Source: Alphaproteobacteria bacterium
GTDB taxonomy: Bacteria > Pseudomonadota > Alphaproteobacteria > UBA828
DNA: 64,000 bases
Assembly: GCA_963667785.2 (NCBI GenBank)
Contig: CAXXMU010000006.1
Location: 864,001-928,000, forward strand
Reading direction: 5' to 3'
Positions within the stretch are counted from its first letter, which is position 1. Each line of letters begins with the position of its first letter. Positions 60,983 to 64,000 of this stretch are shown here, in pieces. The position numbers and the translations under genes are program-made. Under the pieces are notes generated by a model that was not told the DNA's origin, ran no database searches, and worked only from the letters and a program-made list of their open reading frames with translations.

Positions 60983-62392
60983 TCAGAGGCTCGGCCGGTG
61001 CTGCCGCCAGGGGCGCACGGCCTCCAGCGCGGCCCCGATGCGAAGCACCGTCAGGTCGTCGAAGCGGCGGCCGACGATCTGCAGGCCCGTGGGCAGCCCC
61101 TGCGAGGAGAACCCCGAAGGAACCGAGAGCGCAGGCAGCTTGAGCGCGTTGAACTGCATGGTCATGTCCATGCTCAGGTGGCGGCCGTCGGCATCGTCGC
61201 CCATGGAGCCGAGCTCGTCATAGTCGACGGTCGGCGCCGGGATCGCTTCGGTCGGGCACAGCAGCGCGTCGCAGCGCTCGAGGACGGGACGCAGCGCGTT
61301 CCAGGCCTCGGTGTAGACCGTCTCGGTCTTCATCAAATCGACCGCGCTCATCTCGTGGGCTTCCTCCATCGAGGCGACCACGGAGGGATGCATCCTGTCC
61401 CGCCAGCGCTCGAGATGCCGGCCGAAATGGGTGGCCTGGAACACCCCCCAATAGGCCCACCACGCCTCGTTGAACGCCCTGGTCCAGCCCAGCTCGACGG
61501 GCTCGATCTCCGCGCCGGCCTGCGCGAGGGCATCGGCTGCCGCACGCGTGTTCGCCTCGACGTCCGCGTCGACACGGTAGTAGCCGAGGTCGATGGAGAG
61601 GGCGAGGCGCAGGCCGCGAACGTCGCTCGGTGGCGGCACATCGATCGAGAGAGCGGGCGACAGGCTGTTGAGATCGCGCTCGTCCGGCCCCTGGCAGAGC
61701 TTCAGGAACAACGCCGCATCTGCCACGGTTCGCGAGAGAGGGCCGTGGCAGCACATGTAGTCGAATTGGGTCGGCAGGAACTCGAAGGGGATCCGGCCCG
61801 AGCTCGGCTTCAGCCCCACGCAGCCGCTGTGTGAGGCGGGAATCCGCACCGAGCCGCCGGCGTCCGAGCCTTCGGCGAGCGGCACGCATTCCGCAACCAC
61901 CGCGGCCGCCGAGCCGCCCGAGGACCCACCCGGCGTGTGCTCCGGGTTCCACGGGTTGCGGGTGATCCCCCAGAGGGGGCTGTCCGTGAGGCTCGAGAAG
62001 GCGAACTCGGGCGTCGTCGTCTTGCCCACCATGATGCCGCCAGCATCGCACAGGCGCTGCACCACGAGCGCGTCGTCGTCGGGCACCCAGTCCCTGTAGG
62101 CGTAGGAGCCGAACGTCGTCGTCTTGCCCTTGGTGGGCGTGAGATCCTTGATGGCGATGGGCACCCCGTGCAGGGGGCCGACATCGTCGCCTGCGGCGAT
62201 TGCCCGCTCCGCCGCCCTCGCCTGGTCAAGGGCCTCTTCCGGATAGGTGAAGCAGAAGCAGTTGAGCGTGGGGTTGACCTCCCCGATGCGCTCGAGCGCG
62301 TTCGTCACCAGCTCGACGGGCGAGAGCGAGCCGTCGCGGATGAGAGCGGCCGCCTCCGTTGCCGAGAGGTAGGAGAGTTCCCGATCGCTCAC
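60983..62392 (-). CDS. Amidase signature family protein
   Basis: GVPIAIKD, GKTTTPEF, PGGSSGGS, GSDAGGSVRIPAS. Confidence 0.94.
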   Translation of the reverse strand: MSDRELSYLSATEAAALIRDGSLSPVELVTNALERIGEVNPTLNCFCFTYPEEALDQARAAERAIAAGDDVGPLHGVPIAIKDLTPTKGKTTTFGSYAYRDWVPDDDALVVQRLCDAGGIMVGKTTTPEFAFSSLTDSPLWGITRNPWNPEHTPGGSSGGSAAAVVAECVPLAEGSDAGGSVRIPASHSGCVGLKPSSGRIPFEFLPTQFDYMCCHGPLSRTVADAALFLKLCQGPDERDLNSLSPALSIDVPPPSDVRGLRLALSIDLGYYRVDADVEANTRAAADALAQAGAEIEPVELGWTRAFNEAWWAYWGVFQATHFGRHLERWRDRMHPSVVASMEEAHEMSAVDLMKTETVYTEAWNALRPVLERCDALLCPTEAIPAPTVDYDELGSMGDDADGRHLSMDMTMQFNALKLPALSVPSGFSSQGLPTGLQIVGRRFDDLTVLRIGAALEAVRPWRQHRPSL

Positions 62393-62479
62393 GGCTCATG
62401 CTCGATGGCAGGCGCTGCATCGCCGGAGGGGCGGAGGGCGGCGGTATCCAGCGTCATGTGCCCGTTCGAGACGGCCCGC

Positions 62480-62830
62480 TCAGCGCCGAGGGACGTAGCG
62501 CAGCGGATCGCAAGCCTCGACGGCCTCGCGTCGCTTGTAGAGCTCCACCAGGTTCGCCACTTCCACCAGCGACAGCGAGATCAGGTAGAGCCGGCTTGCC
62601 GGCGCGGGCATGTCGCCGTCCCGGTAGTCTTCGAGGTAACGAATCATCTCATCCAGCCGCGGCAGGGCGGCATCGTAGAAGGCGCGGATCTCGTCCATGG
62701 AGGACGCTTCCCGCTTTTCTGTGCGCGCGCGCTCCGGCTCCAGCGCCCAGTCGAGCCAAGGGGCGAGGTCCGCGAACGCCTCAGGCAGCGCGCTCTCAGC
62801 CATCGCGCAGAGCCTGTCCGCTTCGCCCAT
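62480..62830 (-). CDS. Small helical hypothetical protein downstream of the Rieske oxygenase
   Basis: LPEAFADLAPWLDWAL..ERAR..KR..SSMDEIRAFYDA..PR...L...LSLVEVA..VE; start at 62830 or 62803. Confidence 0.75.
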   Translation of the reverse strand: MGEADRLCAMAESALPEAFADLAPWLDWALEPERARTEKREASSMDEIRAFYDAALPRLDEMIRYLEDYRDGDMPAPASRLYLISLSLVEVANLVELYKRREAVEACDPLRYVPRR

Positions 62831-62835
62831 GAGGC

Positions 62836-64000
62836 TCACGCGTTCCGTCGGGCGCCGATGCGATCCTGCAAAACCCTGTGGAAGTGGCGGATCGCCAGCT
62901 CGTTGTCCTGCAGGATCACGTGCGACTTCGCGCCCGACGCGAGCCCCGCCTGCAGGGTCTCGTGCATGGCCGTGTCCTCTTGCAGCGTGTCCCTGTAGGT
63001 GCACTTGAAGTATTCCTGCCTGAGCCGCTCGCGCACGGACAGCGGCTCCCTGAAATAGATGCTGACCTCCCAGGTCGTGCGGTCCACCGCGAGCGGCCAG
63101 AAGTGATAGGTGAGGTAGCTCGTCGTCGAGCCGAGCTGATACAGCAGGATCACGAAGTTCGGGAAGATCACGAAGAAGTCGAACTCGCCGATCATCTGCG
63201 GGATGGTGAAGGCGCGCAGGAAGCCATCGAACTTGAAGAGCTCGGCCGCAAGCGCCGTCGGCTTCTGGCCCCGCTTGAATTCGCACGACCAGACGCTGTG
63301 ATTGTCGTAGAGCGTGAGGTCCCGGTAGCGACACTGCTTCTTGTCGTTCGTCACCAAGGCATCGCCCAGCACCCGGCGGTGCTGGAAGGGAAAGTGGTAG
63401 AGCTCGTTCTGGGCGTCGAGCCCGACCTTCCAGTTGGCCTGCTCGTCCACCAGGTAGGTCTGCATCAGCGGCATCTCGTGGAAGGGGCAGCCGTCGAGCT
63501 GCTCCGCCACCCCGCCGAGATACTCCCGCAGCGTCTCCGCAGGCTCCGGGTCGAGGTGCACGAAGACGAAGCCCTCCCAGATGTCCGACTTGATCGGCGT
63601 GAGACCATGCTCGGCCTTGTCGAGGTCGAAGAAGTTCTCCTCGTCCGGCACCCGGATGAGCGCACCCGTGTCGCTGTAGACCCAGTTGTGGAAGTGGCAG
63701 TAGACGCTGCCCGGGCACGAGCCCCGCTCGTCCAGCACCAGCGTGTTGCCGCGGTGCGAGCAGACGTTGTGGAAGCAGCGCACGACGCCGTCCGAGCCCC
63801 GCATGACGAGCACCGAGACCTTGCAGATGGCGATCTCGCGCACGAAGAAGTCGCCGGGCTCGGGCACGTCGTCCGCGCGGCCGACGTTGATCCAGGTGCG
63901 GCGGAAGATCAGGTCGCGCTCCAGCGCGTAATGCTCGTCGGAGAAGTAGGGCTCCGTGGGCACCGGCCCGGTGCCGAGCGCGGGGTACTTCTCCGCCCAC
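62836..64000 (-). CDS. Rieske non-heme iron oxygenase alpha subunit (5' end outside window)
   Basis: NVCSHRG...CHFHNW Rieske motif; NWK...ELYHFPFQH mononuclear Fe site; LQED. Confidence 0.93.
   Translation of the reverse strand, partial: WAEKYPALGTGPVPTEPYFSDEHYALERDLIFRRTWINVGRADDVPEPGDFFVREIAICKVSVLVMRGSDGVVRCFHNVCSHRGNTLVLDERGSCPGSVYCHFHNWVYSDTGALIRVPDEENFFDLDKAEHGLTPIKSDIWEGFVFVHLDPEPAETLREYLGGVAEQLDGCPFHEMPLMQTYLVDEQANWKVGLDAQNELYHFPFQHRRVLGDALVTNDKKQCRYRDLTLYDNHSVWSCEFKRGQKPTALAAELFKFDGFLRAFTIPQMIGEFDFFVIFPNFVILLYQLGSTTSYLTYHFWPLAVDRTTWEVSIYFREPLSVRERLRQEYFKCTYRDTLQEDTAMHETLQAGLASGAKSHVILQDNELAIRHFHRVLQDRIGARRNA

Overview
Very GC-rich chromosomal window from an alphaproteobacterium, probably Rhodospirillales-like. 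This is inferred from the plsX-rpmF-yceD-cbp3-bamE-hppA, gltX-comEC-lexA and dnaJ-cobS-cobT gene orders and a GTTC-N7-GTTC LexA box. Core genes are interleaved with accessory catabolic and transport genes: glcDEF, a barbiturase-like hydrolase with a CodA-like deaminase, a P450, a haloacid dehalogenase, a GMC oxidoreductase, an amidase and a Rieske oxygenase. I found no rRNA, tRNA, CRISPR array, transposase or prophage. Main points: (1) a polar-amino-acid ABC-like module with no ATPase, whose two permeases both lack the EAA coupling loop, lying directly upstream of a membrane HAMP-PP2C phosphatase and near a STAS protein; this is a candidate transporter-derived sensory system. (2) An AT-richer trypsin+Sel1 gene whose 5' end is a deleted duplicate of the start of the neighbouring RraA-family gene. 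(3) An in-frame znuC'-'znuB deletion fusion. (4) One Liv-type binding protein followed by two complete LivHMGF sets and a His/Met-rich YtkA/FixH-like protein. (5) A family of CTAG-ended, modular, nested multi-hairpin repeats that overlap stop codons. (6) Unannotated small ORFs next to an OxyR-like regulator and next to lexA. All calls come from motif recognition by eye; no searches were run.
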